A DNA stretch of 64,000 nt from Ruminococcaceae bacterium UBA5406. Lineage in GTDB: Bacteria; Bacillota; Clostridia; Oscillospirales; Acutalibacteraceae. The stretch covers positions 68,519 to 132,518 of the forward strand of contig DHNW01000027.1 in NCBI GenBank assembly GCA_002407675.1. Reading direction: 5' to 3'. A program made the position numbers and the translations under genes. A model generated the notes under the pieces. That model did no database searches, had not been told where the DNA came from, and worked only from the letters and a program-made list of their open reading frames with translations. Positions 1-9,054 of this stretch are shown here, piece by piece (position 1 is the stretch's first letter; every line of letters starts with the position of its first letter).

Positions 1-30
1 ACAGCTTTTCCAGATTGCTTTTTTCACCAT
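1..30 (-). CDS. 5' end of a gene running off the window (MVKKAIWEKL...), probably co-transcribed with the MBOAT gene
   Basis: ATG at 30 on the minus strand, 12 nt after the MBOAT stop, preceded by a G-rich RBS-like tract; only 10 codons visible. Confidence 0.4.
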   Translation of the reverse strand, partial: MVKKAIWKSC

Positions 31-42
31 GCCCCGGCCCCT

Positions 43-1527
43 TTAAAATTGAAAATAAATGAACTGCGACGGACTTTGCAGCGGACCATAAATCCCAAAA
101 ATCAAGATGACCATTGTGCCTGCGATATATACGGCCCAGCGGCAGACGGGGCCGCGGTTCAGCAGACTCTGCCGCAGATCCCTCCGGCGGCTGAGCAGAT
201 CTGCCGCCGTAACGGCGGCAATGCCGAGAAGCGCCGCCCAGAAATCCGGTGCCGCAAGGCCAAGGCTGAACAGGGAACCGTTCCAGAGAGCCGCCGGGTT
301 AAACCGGAAGAGATTGCCGATAAGCACAGTCGCATCCCAGAGCGAATTTGCGCGGAAAAAGATCCACGCGAAATCCACCAGCACAAACGTGGCCGCAGCG
401 CGGTACAGCCGTACGGGAAAGGAGTTTTCCCGGATCCCAAGTTTTTGTTCCGCGCGCTGTTTGGCCGGCCTTGTCAGCAGGCCTATTACCTGGTAAACAC
501 CGTGCAGCAAGCCCCAGATGACGAAAGTCATCGCCGCGCCGTGCCAGAGTCCGCAGACGGCAAACACGATCATCAGGTTCAGGCAGTGGCGCCATTTCGA
601 GCAGCGGTTGCCGCCCAGCGGGATATACAGGTAGTCGCGGAACCACGCGCCCAGCGTGATGTGCCATCTCCGCCAGAACTCCTTGATGGATTTTGAAAAA
701 TACGGCTTGTCAAAGTTCTTTGTCAGGCGGAACCCCATCACCTGCGCTGCGCCGATGGCAATGTTGGAATATCCGGCAAAATCGCAGTAGATTTGAAAAG
801 CGAAAAACACGGTCGCTACGGCAACTTCCAGCCCGGAATATTTTTGCGGACTGTTGTAAACCGTATTCACCAGCGTGGCAAGCCTGTCTGCAACGGCCGT
901 TTTCTGAAAGTAGCCCCACAGCATCAGCAGCAGGCCCTTCCGCGCACGGTCGTAGTCAAACGTATGGACTTCGTCAAATTGGGGCAGCAGATCTTTTGAT
1001 TTTTCAATCGGCCCTGCAACCAGCTGTGGGAAAAACGACACAAACAGCGCATATTTTCCAAGGTTCTTCTCAGGCTTGATGTCACCGCGGTACACGTCCA
1101 CCGTGTAACTGAGAGCCTGAAATGTATAAAACGAAATTCCGACCGGAAGAAGCAGGTCAAATTGGACCGCCTGCGCCGAGATGCCGAAGATATGAAGAAT
1201 TTCAGCGTACAAGCCGCAGAAGAAATCGAGATACTTAAAAACAACCAGAATGCCGATATTTACGAAAACGCTGAGTGCCACCCAGATCTTTTTCCTGCGC
1301 ACGGTGTTCGGCCGTTTTCGGAGATCCTCCCGGCCAATCAGAAGACCGCTTGTCCATGTAACCACAGTGGAAACCGCCAGAAGAATGGCGTAATACGGGT
1401 TCCAGCTCATAAAGAAGTAATAGCTGGCGGCTAAAAGCCAAGCCCAGCGGGCTTTCTGCGGAATTACGAAATACAGGATGGTGACAGCCGGAAAAAAGAT
1501 CAGGAACTGGATCGAAGTAAACGACAA
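43..1527 (-). CDS. MBOAT family O-acyltransferase (AlgI/DltB-like)
   Basis: LPVGISFYTFQ, SFFPQLVAGPI, FWRRWHITL..WFRDYLYIPLGG and GLWHGA motifs; ends FIYFQF; TTG start with GAGGGG RBS. Confidence 0.93.
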   Translation of the reverse strand: MSFTSIQFLIFFPAVTILYFVIPQKARWAWLLAASYYFFMSWNPYYAILLAVSTVVTWTSGLLIGREDLRKRPNTVRRKKIWVALSVFVNIGILVVFKYLDFFCGLYAEILHIFGISAQAVQFDLLLPVGISFYTFQALSYTVDVYRGDIKPEKNLGKYALFVSFFPQLVAGPIEKSKDLLPQFDEVHTFDYDRARKGLLLMLWGYFQKTAVADRLATLVNTVYNSPQKYSGLEVAVATVFFAFQIYCDFAGYSNIAIGAAQVMGFRLTKNFDKPYFSKSIKEFWRRWHITLGAWFRDYLYIPLGGNRCSKWRHCLNLMIVFAVCGLWHGAAMTFVIWGLLHGVYQVIGLLTRPAKQRAEQKLGIRENSFPVRLYRAAATFVLVDFAWIFFRANSLWDATVLIGNLFRFNPAALWNGSLFSLGLAAPDFWAALLGIAAVTAADLLSRRRDLRQSLLNRGPVCRWAVYIAGTMVILIFGIYGPLQSPSQFIYFQF

Positions 1528-1715
1528 ACAGATTCCCCTCCAAAACGTCGGCTGCGGCGGACGCTCTATATTTTTAAAAATGAAACAAAATGAAACCTCT
1601 TAATTAAACCTCATTGGTTCCATTCAATTTACATTTTTCTGTAAATATTTTTTGACCAATTATAAACTCGAGTTTCATAAAGCCAAAAGCCGGCGGGCCG
1701 GAACTTTTTCCGGCT

Positions 1716-2948
1716 CTATCGCTTTGGCCCGGAAAGCCACAGCTCCAGCGCAATGCCCGTCACAATACAGAATCCGCAGGCGAGCATCCCCACCAGGTAG
1801 GCGGGCATCCGATTCTCAACCAGGTTTATGGCAGCCGGCGCACTTTTGAGGGCAGCGTCGGCGGAATCGGATTGGGGAGCCGTCAGTATTACTGCGGTTC
1901 CGCTTTCCGATTGCGCGGATTCAGGGCAGGCCGCACCACCGGATTCGAAAACCTTCTTCCGGGACAGACCGGCGTCCGAGAAGCCGGCTGATTCCGGACC
2001 TTCTGCCGTGCCGCCGGGAGGAACGCCTGAACTGGAACGTTTTTCCGAAAGCACGGATTCCGCCGGCCGCGCCCGGCTGGTGTCCGGAAGGGATACTTCC
2101 AGACACTTCGTTTTCGCGGCGCGCGTGACGTCCACTTCGTATACCTGGGTGTTCTTTTTATCGGCGGAAGTTACCCGTATGACAATCGGCGTAGAGGTAC
2201 CCGCCGCGCCGAGGCTTTTCCGGCTGACGGAAACGGAAGCGCCGGCAGCCGCTTCCGCCCGGAATGAAACGGAGCGCACGCTTGACGCCACGGTCAGGGC
2301 ATACCGGCAGATCCCCGGGTCAAACTCCGGGCTTAGCTTTCCTTCCGAAGGCTCCAGCGCCGTCAGGCAGGCTTTTCCGGATTTTGTCCGGGAAATTTCC
2401 AGAGTGAAATTTTTCGAACAGATCCCCGAAAGGCCTGTCCCGCTGTAGTCACAGATTTCATCCACCTGCGCATCCAGTTCCGCTGTGTCGGGCGAAGCAT
2501 TTTTCTTGACTTCAAAAACATAGGTAAGAACGGTGCCGTATAGTTTAGGCGCGCTTTTCCTTCCCTTTTTGGCGTTGCACACATAAACCGAACAAACCGG
2601 ATTAGAGGCACTGTTTGTTTGCAGAGTTCCGCTTTTCAGCCGGGACGACTGTTCAGTGCCGACAAACCGCAGGCTTGAATCATCATACTGCACTTTCGCG
2701 CGGAAACCGGCCGCGGCAACGCTTTGGTCGGCCCGGATCTTCAGCCGGACAAGGTCCCCGGGCACAGCCTGGAGGCAGTCCGTTTGAAACGAAAAGTAAT
2801 TGGAGGAAGCCCGCACGGGCACCGGCAAAAAAGCGGCAGCCAGAAAAAGCGCGCAGAGTATAACTCCAATTCTGCGAAAACTTGCTGCAAGCTTCCTAAA
2901 AACAGCAGCCTTTCCATTTCGGGAAAACTGCTGAAAAAAAGCGGGCAA
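1716..2948 (-). CDS. Cell-surface protein with cohesin-like domain, cadherin-like beta-sandwich, low-complexity linker and C-terminal TM anchor
   Basis: Signal-like segment ending VRA; cohesin-like pattern (PGD.V.L.I...AAGF...QYD...L); LSPEFDPG..Y.LTV cadherin-like beta-sandwich; C-terminal hydrophobic helix; exact start uncertain. Confidence 0.65.
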   Translation of the reverse strand: MPAFFQQFSRNGKAAVFRKLAASFRRIGVILCALFLAAAFLPVPVRASSNYFSFQTDCLQAVPGDLVRLKIRADQSVAAAGFRAKVQYDDSSLRFVGTEQSSRLKSGTLQTNSASNPVCSVYVCNAKKGRKSAPKLYGTVLTYVFEVKKNASPDTAELDAQVDEICDYSGTGLSGICSKNFTLEISRTKSGKACLTALEPSEGKLSPEFDPGICRYALTVASSVRSVSFRAEAAAGASVSVSRKSLGAAGTSTPIVIRVTSADKKNTQVYEVDVTRAAKTKCLEVSLPDTSRARPAESVLSEKRSSSGVPPGGTAEGPESAGFSDAGLSRKKVFESGGAACPESAQSESGTAVILTAPQSDSADAALKSAPAAINLVENRMPAYLVGMLACGFCIVTGIALELWLSGPKR

Positions 2949-2950
2949 AA

Positions 2951-3478
2951 TCAGGCCGTTACCGTATTCTGTTCCATCCCGGCGCGCGCAATCTCACGGA
3001 TGCGCCTTTTGCGCAGAGTCTGCAAACGGAAACGGTTGTAGCGCTGCACAAGAGCAAAAGGCACGTTCCCGATCATTACGAACAGAGAAGTTAAAAGGCC
3101 CACGAGCAGCGGATTCACCAGCAGCATTACAATGGCGCATAAACAGTTTTTGCGGTGGACCCATTCTCCGCGGCAGGTTTCCAAAATGAATTCATCCAGG
3201 TATTCAATGGAATCATTTTTCAGATGGGTTTTTGAAAATCCACCTTTCCCAATATGCTGCGGAATCCGATCCTTCCAAGACTGGATCTTCAAGTTCTCCC
3301 GGTACCAGCGTCCCCCGCGTTCCCACGGCTTTGCCGCGTAGCATTCTTTCGACTCGTCAAATTTGGAATTGGGAAGTCTCTGACCGAGAGCCAGCGTGAG
3401 CCCATGCCACAGCGCGGCTATCAGCACATTCCAAAAAAAGATAACCAGAAACGAGGAGTTTTTCAGCATTGCAGTCAC
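2951..3478 (-). CDS. CrtO-family (glycosyl-4,4'-diaponeurosporenoate acyltransferase-like) membrane protein
   Basis: WE.GG.WY...LKI..WKD.IP, F..ETCRGEW.H and N.PF..VQRYNR.RL motifs typical of the CrtO family. Confidence 0.75.
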   Translation of the reverse strand: MTAMLKNSSFLVIFFWNVLIAALWHGLTLALGQRLPNSKFDESKECYAAKPWERGGRWYRENLKIQSWKDRIPQHIGKGGFSKTHLKNDSIEYLDEFILETCRGEWVHRKNCLCAIVMLLVNPLLVGLLTSLFVMIGNVPFALVQRYNRFRLQTLRKRRIREIARAGMEQNTVTA

Positions 3479-3544
3479 TTCCCTTTCTCAATTCTATCTG
3501 CAAATTCTATCTGCAGCAGCAAATACTGCTATTCCCCTAGCTTT

Positions 3545-3573
3545 AGTATAATACGAAACCGGTCGGGGTGCAA
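3545..3573 (-). promoter_or_regulatory. Sigma-A type promoter for the crtO-like gene
   Basis: TTGCAC-17nt-TATACT on the minus strand. Confidence 0.55.
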
Positions 3574-3744
3574 GGGAAAAGATGTTGAAAAAGCACCTGT
3601 TTTCGGTAAAACAATCAGGATAGTTTGCCCGTTTCCTTTAAAACCTTTGTGGCAAAAACAGTAATCCCGTGTGCTGGGCAGCCAACATCCTTTCCTAACA
3701 TATCGTATGAAGGCCGGGAAAGGATCGTTCCGAAAGACTTTCGA

Positions 3745-3792
3745 TTGACAAATAAACATTTACATGATATATTTACTGATACAATAAACATT
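3745..3792 (+). promoter_or_regulatory. Sigma-A promoter with repeated AATAAACATT boxes (possible operator)
   Basis: TTGACA(3745)-17nt-TATATT(3768); AATAAACATT at 3751 and 3783. Confidence 0.55.
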
Positions 3793-3809
3793 ATTGGAGA
3801 TTAAACAAT

Positions 3810-4568
3810 ATGGAGCTGTCAAATTTTACCCTTCGCGAATTGGAAGAAGGCTTTCGGCTGGAGCAGGACGCACGGGCGTACCGGTGCATTTTCTGCGGAA
3901 GAATGTTCCGTATCGGAGAAGTGTATCCCAGCGGCGGGCATTTTTACGGCGCCCGCCTTGCCGCGGAGATCCATCTGGCGGAAGAACATGGTTCGGCGCT
4001 GGAAGCCCTGCTGGAATCCGGCGATCCCCGGCTGAAAATCACCGGGCGGCAGAAACAGCTTCTGCGCCTGATGCACAGGGGCATGCCGGATTCCGGCTGT
4101 GCGGCGGAAATGGGAGTTTCTCCTTCGACCGTGCGGCACCAGAAATTTGTTCTGCGGGAGCGGGCTAAGCAGGCGCGCCTGTTTCTCGCGGCGTACGAGC
4201 TGGCCGCGCGGAAGGCAGGCGCGGATACGGGCGATCCGCCCGTCCGGGTTCCCGAAACGGCGACCATGACGGACGACCGGTACCTGACGTCGGAAGCAGA
4301 GAGCGAGAAAATCAGGAATGAGTTTTTTTCTTCGCAGAATCCTCTGTGCCTGAAAGCCTTTCCCGCCAAAGAAAAGAAAAAAATCGTTGTCCTTACCCGG
4401 ATTTCGGAACAGTTTGAAAAGGGTCGGGTTTATTCCGAACGGGAGGTCAACGATATTCTGAAACCAATTTTCGCAGATTATGCAACTTTGCGGCGGTACC
4501 TGATTGAATACGGGCTGATGAGCCGCACGCCGGACGGTTCGGAATACCGGCTGAACGGAAAGCCATGA
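3810..4568 (+). CDS. DUF2087-domain protein with Zn-finger-like N-terminus and LuxR-type HTH
   Basis: CIFC...H...H; A.EMGVSPSTVRH HTH; C-terminal YSEREVN..LK....DYA.LRRYLIEYG.M.R..DGS.Y (DUF2087). Confidence 0.85.
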   Translation: MELSNFTLRELEEGFRLEQDARAYRCIFCGRMFRIGEVYPSGGHFYGARLAAEIHLAEEHGSALEALLESGDPRLKITGRQKQLLRLMHRGMPDSGCAAEMGVSPSTVRHQKFVLRERAKQARLFLAAYELAARKAGADTGDPPVRVPETATMTDDRYLTSEAESEKIRNEFFSSQNPLCLKAFPAKEKKKIVVLTRISEQFEKGRVYSEREVNDILKPIFADYATLRRYLIEYGLMSRTPDGSEYRLNGKP

Positions 4569-5782
4569 ACCGGAAGGGAAACGTGCTGAACCTCATCCTG
4601 AACCGGAGTGTTTCGCTGTTCGGCGCAGGGATCTATTCCGTTTCGCTTCCGCTGTATCTTCTTCAAGAAACCGGCTCGCTGGCCAAAGCGGGAATTTTCT
4701 TCGCGGCGGCGAGCCTGCCGTCTGTTCTGCTGCGGCCCTTTCTGGGCGTGCCGGTGGAACGGTCAAACCGCAAGCGCATCCTCGTGCTGTGCGATTTTAC
4801 CTCTTCCGCTGTTTTTTTCAGCCTGCTCCTGCTGAGCCGGATGGAACTGCTGACGCTGCCGGTTCTGGCGGCGGCCGGGATGCTTCTGAACACCATTTCC
4901 GGCTTGTTTGGGGTTGCCTCCAATGTGATTTTTACGGAGCTGAATGAAAAAGGATCGCTGGAGCAGATGAACGGGCTGAAAAGTTTTTCCGACAACCTGG
5001 CGGGAATCGCTTCCCCGCTGGCCGGGGCATATCTTTTCGGCGCTTTCGGCTTTGCGAGCGTGCTGGCCGCGGTTGGGGCTTCCTATGCCCTTTCGGCGGC
5101 GGGCGAATGCTTTATCCGATACCGGCGGCCGGATAAAACACCCGGTGAAAGCGCCCCGCTGCGGGAACAGTTTCTCGGCGGAGTGCGCGTAATAACCTCC
5201 AGCCGGGAAATCTTTTCGCTCTTTTTCCTGGTGATGGTGCTGAACTCTTTCGTTGCAAATTCCGATGAAATCATCAATCCCGGTATTCTGGTTCAAAAAT
5301 ACGGCCTGCCGCAGAAGCTGTACGGACTGTCTTCTTCGTCTTTTGTAGCGGGAACGCTTGCGGCGGGGCTGTTCCTTTTCCGCCGCAGAAATGCGTGTCC
5401 CCCACGGCTGAAAGCGCTGTTTTTGCTGAACAGCGCAGTTATGATGCTGATCGGCGCCGCGTCGCTTCTTTGTTACAATCTGTGCCCGCGCGCGTATTTC
5501 CCGATCTTCCTCACGCTGGAAACGGTGTGCGGGTTCATCACCACCTGTGTGAACGTGCCGCTGATTTCGTTTTTTCAGATTCAGATTCCTGTGGAATACC
5601 AGGGGCGTTTTTTCGCGCTGCTGTCCTTTGCCTCCGGGCTGCTGATTCCCCTCGGTGTGAGCTGGGCCGGGTTCCTTTCGGATCGCGCCGGCGCAGACGC
5701 AGCCTATCTCATCAATAACGCGTGCGTGATTCTTGCCGTGCTGTTCGTTTACCGAAAACGAAAAAACGGTGCGCCGGTTTAA
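4565..5782 (+). CDS. MFS transporter (macrolide-efflux-like)
   Basis: About 12 hydrophobic segments, G...ER.NRK motif-A-like, P.EYQGR; 4-nt overlap with the DUF2087 gene. Confidence 0.88.
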   Translation: MNRKGNVLNLILNRSVSLFGAGIYSVSLPLYLLQETGSLAKAGIFFAAASLPSVLLRPFLGVPVERSNRKRILVLCDFTSSAVFFSLLLLSRMELLTLPVLAAAGMLLNTISGLFGVASNVIFTELNEKGSLEQMNGLKSFSDNLAGIASPLAGAYLFGAFGFASVLAAVGASYALSAAGECFIRYRRPDKTPGESAPLREQFLGGVRVITSSREIFSLFFLVMVLNSFVANSDEIINPGILVQKYGLPQKLYGLSSSSFVAGTLAAGLFLFRRRNACPPRLKALFLLNSAVMMLIGAASLLCYNLCPRAYFPIFLTLETVCGFITTCVNVPLISFFQIQIPVEYQGRFFALLSFASGLLIPLGVSWAGFLSDRAGADAAYLINNACVILAVLFVYRKRKNGAPV

Positions 5783-6807
5783 ATTTCCCTTCCGACAGCT
5801 TCCGCTACCCGGCGGGCTTTTCTGACCAGCTCCGTGTAAGCTTCCACGGTCAGCTGCTGAGCCGCGTCACTGAGGGCTGCCTTCGGGTTGGGGTGGACTT
5901 CGATAATCAGGCCGTCCGCTCCGGCGGCGATCCCCGCGAGGGACAGCGGTCCCACATAGGCCGCTTTTCCGGAAGCATGCGACGGATCAATGATAATGGG
6001 CAGGCAGCTCCGCTCCCGTACGACCGGCACGGCGGAAACGTCCAGCGTATTGCGCGTCGCCGTTTCAAACGTGCGGATTCCGCGTTCGCACAGGACGACA
6101 TTGCAGTTGCCCTCGCTCATGATGTATTCGGCGGCGTCCAGCCATTCTTCCACGGTGCTGGCGATCCCGCGCTTGAGCAGGACGGGCGTTTTCGTCCGGC
6201 CGACCGCTTTCAGCAGGCGGAAATTCTGCATGTTGCGTGCGCCGATCTGAAATATGTCGCAGTACGGGCCGGCGGATTCAATCTGGTCATGATCCGTGAT
6301 TTCGGTCACAGTCAGAAGGCCGTAGGCGTCGGCGGCTTTCCGCAGGAGCTTGAGGCCCTCCTGTTCCATCCCTTGAAAAGAGTACGGCGAGGTGCGGGGC
6401 TTGTATGCTCCGCCGCGCAGAAACGCCGCGCCGGCCGCCTTGACCCCGGCGGCCGCTTTCATCATCTGTTCTTCGCTCTCCACAGCGCAGGGGCCGGCGA
6501 TCATGGCCAGTTTCTTCCCGCCGATCACCTGATCCCCCACGCGCACCGTGCGCCCTTCGGGGACCATTTCGCGGCTTGCCAGCTTGTAGGAGTGCATAAT
6601 GGGCACCGTTTTTTCCACGCCGTCCATCAGTTCCAGATTGACGCCGTTCAGTTTTGTCTTGTCGCCCAGCACGCCGACCACGGTTGCCTGCGATCCGGTG
6701 GAAAGGTTTGCCCCCAGGCCGTGCTCCTTTAGCGTCTTTATAACGTTTTCCACGTCCTGCTTCGTGCAGGAACGCTTCATAACAACGATCATGTCCTCGT
6801 CTCCCAT
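5779..6807 (-). CDS. aroF: 3-deoxy-7-phosphoheptulonate (DAHP) synthase, type I-beta with N-terminal regulatory domain (paralog 1)
   Basis: IAGPCAVES, RGGAYKPRTSPYSFQG, QIGARNMQN, LCERGIRTFE, DPSH motifs; start could be the second Met (MIVVMK). Confidence 0.95.
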   Translation of the reverse strand: MGDEDMIVVMKRSCTKQDVENVIKTLKEHGLGANLSTGSQATVVGVLGDKTKLNGVNLELMDGVEKTVPIMHSYKLASREMVPEGRTVRVGDQVIGGKKLAMIAGPCAVESEEQMMKAAAGVKAAGAAFLRGGAYKPRTSPYSFQGMEQEGLKLLRKAADAYGLLTVTEITDHDQIESAGPYCDIFQIGARNMQNFRLLKAVGRTKTPVLLKRGIASTVEEWLDAAEYIMSEGNCNVVLCERGIRTFETATRNTLDVSAVPVVRERSCLPIIIDPSHASGKAAYVGPLSLAGIAAGADGLIIEVHPNPKAALSDAAQQLTVEAYTELVRKARRVAEAVGREI

Positions 6808-7069
6808 TCATTCAGATTTCTAAAAGCTATTTTATACTTTAAAGCGCAAAATTACAAGCGGCAATATTCTAGAATTTAAAAATCAGAACAAAAATCAGAA
6901 CTCAGAATATACCTATCAGAGGTTAAGCAATATAAAACAGAATAAAAATAAAATTTATTATATTTATTTATTATAATTATAAATATGAATTAATGGAGCT
7001 AATATATGGAATATACTGTATTTTTAGTAAATATTAACCGGCAGTTCACTGGAAAGGAATGCCTATGCT

Positions 7070-7781
7070 ATGAAAGGTTTAAAATTGGGAATGAGTGTGG
7101 TACTGAGTATGGCCCTGATCACGGGAGTGACAGGAATAACGCATATTTCCTCGGATGCTTTTGCTGCGGATGGAGCAAAAAGTTTAGAACCTTCCGCCAG
7201 CCAAGTATCAACGGAAGGCCGGCTGACAGTCCCCAAAGGTTCTTTTGTTGACGATCTTACAAAAGAACCTTCCCAGCAGCAACGAAACTGTGAATCCAAA
7301 TTGCAGCCGGCTGCGGTAAAAATTCCGTCTCCTGCAAAAAATCTATTTCCGGCGGGCGCCGTATACTATAAACTAAATTCCTGCATCAAAAGATGGAATA
7401 AGTCCTAATAGTTTATCCTATCCATCAGACTACTATAATCTTACAAGCGGGGATTACCATGGTTCGGTTTCCAATTTAGGCGGTCAGCTTTATACCAATT
7501 ATTATTTTTCAACCGGTTCAAATGGAAAATTATTGGTCACAACAAAATTTGAGTCCGACACCGCAATTGGATATTCGTATACGATCAATTGCTATGATCG
7601 GACGGACGGTAACAGGTTAGCCACTTCATGGACGGGAGAAACCGGCACCGAAGGCCATCCGGGAAGAGATTCGATTAGCTTTTACAATCTAAATAAGAGC
7701 CATTTTTACTTTTTTGGATTTCAAAATAACTCGTCTTACGGAAAAATAAACGGCGATTTGTCCGTTGGATTTCAAGACTAA
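7070..7781 (+). pseudogene. Frameshifted secreted protein gene in an AT-rich insert
   Basis: Signal peptide (MKGLK...AFA) with RBS; frame stops at 7408, but the +1 frame is open from 7377 to 7781 (PASKDGISPNSLSYPSDYYNL...GFQD), giving one coherent protein if a shift occurs between about 7375 and 7405. Confidence 0.65.
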
Positions 7782-7795
7782 AGTCTTCGTTACCG

Positions 7796-7827
7796 GCACC
7801 GCTGCTCTTGTGGGCAGCGGTGCTTTT
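7796..7827 (+). terminator. Rho-independent terminator
   Basis: GCACCGCTGCTC-TTGT-GGGCAGCGGTGC-TTTT just after the 7781 stop. Confidence 0.75.
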
Positions 7828-8043
7828 GTCACTCGAACAAGCGTAGGTGCGAGATGCCGACAGGCATTTCACATTTGCGCTTGTTTTTCGCAATAAGAGG
7901 CAGGATTTCCGTGTTTGTACAAGTGTCGGGCAGAGATTACTGTATTTACGCCGGAAAAATAATGTGGTATAATTTACAGCGTGAATCAGGAATATTTTGT
8001 TAAGTTTTTCTTATCATACCGCGGATGTAACAGGAGGAATTCA

Positions 8044-8868
8044 ATGATGCGCATCACTTTACGGATAAGGAACAAGGCCGGAGACGTCCGGGCGGAAGCC
8101 GCCGCGGAAGATGAAACCAGCCTTGTGTATGACGGGGAATACCAGGAGGGGGATGTGCTGGAAGCAGAAAGCGAAACCCCGGATAGCTTTTTGGTTGTCC
8201 GGCTGGATGATACGGCAGCCCCCGCTTTGGTTTTCCTGAAAGGAAACCGGTTCGGGTATCCCGTCCCCTTCGGGGAAAAGCGTGTTTCCCTTTCTCCGCG
8301 CGCTTTTATGGGAGAACGGCACCTGCTGTATGCGCGCCGTGCCTTCCCGGAAGAAGCCGCCGCACGGCGGAACCTCGCGTTCAACCCGCTGGATTTCCAC
8401 GAAAATAAAAGCCTGTTTCCCCACGCTTCGGCAAACGTGGAAACGCGCGGCGAAGCCGTGTTTGCCGCCCGAAACGCGATTGACGGGCTGAAGGCAAACC
8501 ACAGCCACGGCGAGTGGCCCTACACAAGCTGGGGGATCAACCGCGACCCCAACGCCGCGTTCCGGCTGGATTTCGGCCGGGAAGTCCTGCTGGATGAAGC
8601 GGTTCTTTACCTGCGCGCCGATTTTCCGCACGACGCGTGGTGGAAACAGGGAACGCTCCATTTTTCGGACGGAAGCGCATTGGAGCTGAGTCTGAAAAAG
8701 ACGGATGCCGGGCAGCACTTCCGCTTTCCGGCAAAGAAAGTGGAATGGATCGTCCTGGATCACCTGATCCGGGCGGATGATTCTTCTCCGTTCCCCGCCC
8801 TGACGCAGATCGAATTCTTCGGACACGAAGCGCCGTCTGGCTCCCGCGGGGAGAATAAGCGCTTCTAA
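8044..8868 (+). CDS. Carbohydrate-binding (discoidin/F5-8-like) domain protein
   Basis: AGGAGG RBS before ATG 8044; conserved PHASANVETRGEAVFAARNAIDG...HGEWPY.SWGIN...LRADFPHD..W...PFPALTQIE. Confidence 0.75.
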   Translation: MMRITLRIRNKAGDVRAEAAAEDETSLVYDGEYQEGDVLEAESETPDSFLVVRLDDTAAPALVFLKGNRFGYPVPFGEKRVSLSPRAFMGERHLLYARRAFPEEAAARRNLAFNPLDFHENKSLFPHASANVETRGEAVFAARNAIDGLKANHSHGEWPYTSWGINRDPNAAFRLDFGREVLLDEAVLYLRADFPHDAWWKQGTLHFSDGSALELSLKKTDAGQHFRFPAKKVEWIVLDHLIRADDSSPFPALTQIEFFGHEAPSGSRGENKRF

Positions 8869-8911
8869 GCCCGCGATCCGCTGACTTTTTTGATTTTCCC
8901 GAATTTGTGCT

Positions 8912-9017
8912 TGCAACTTCGGCGGAAAAAGGTATAGAATAGAGAAAAGCCCGCACGTCTGCGGGTATCCAAAAGGGGACAAAGGGGTCCGACACGGGAG
9001 TGCCGGGCTTTTTTTGG
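8912..9017 (+). promoter_or_regulatory. glnA promoter and structured leader with terminator
   Basis: TTGCAA-17nt-TAGAAT; hairpins at 8950-8965 and 8977-8990; CCGACAC-GGGA-GTGCCGG followed by a T7 run. Confidence 0.5.
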
Positions 9018-9054
9018 CAAAAACGGGCAGGCGCCCCTCAGGGAGGTATGCAAT

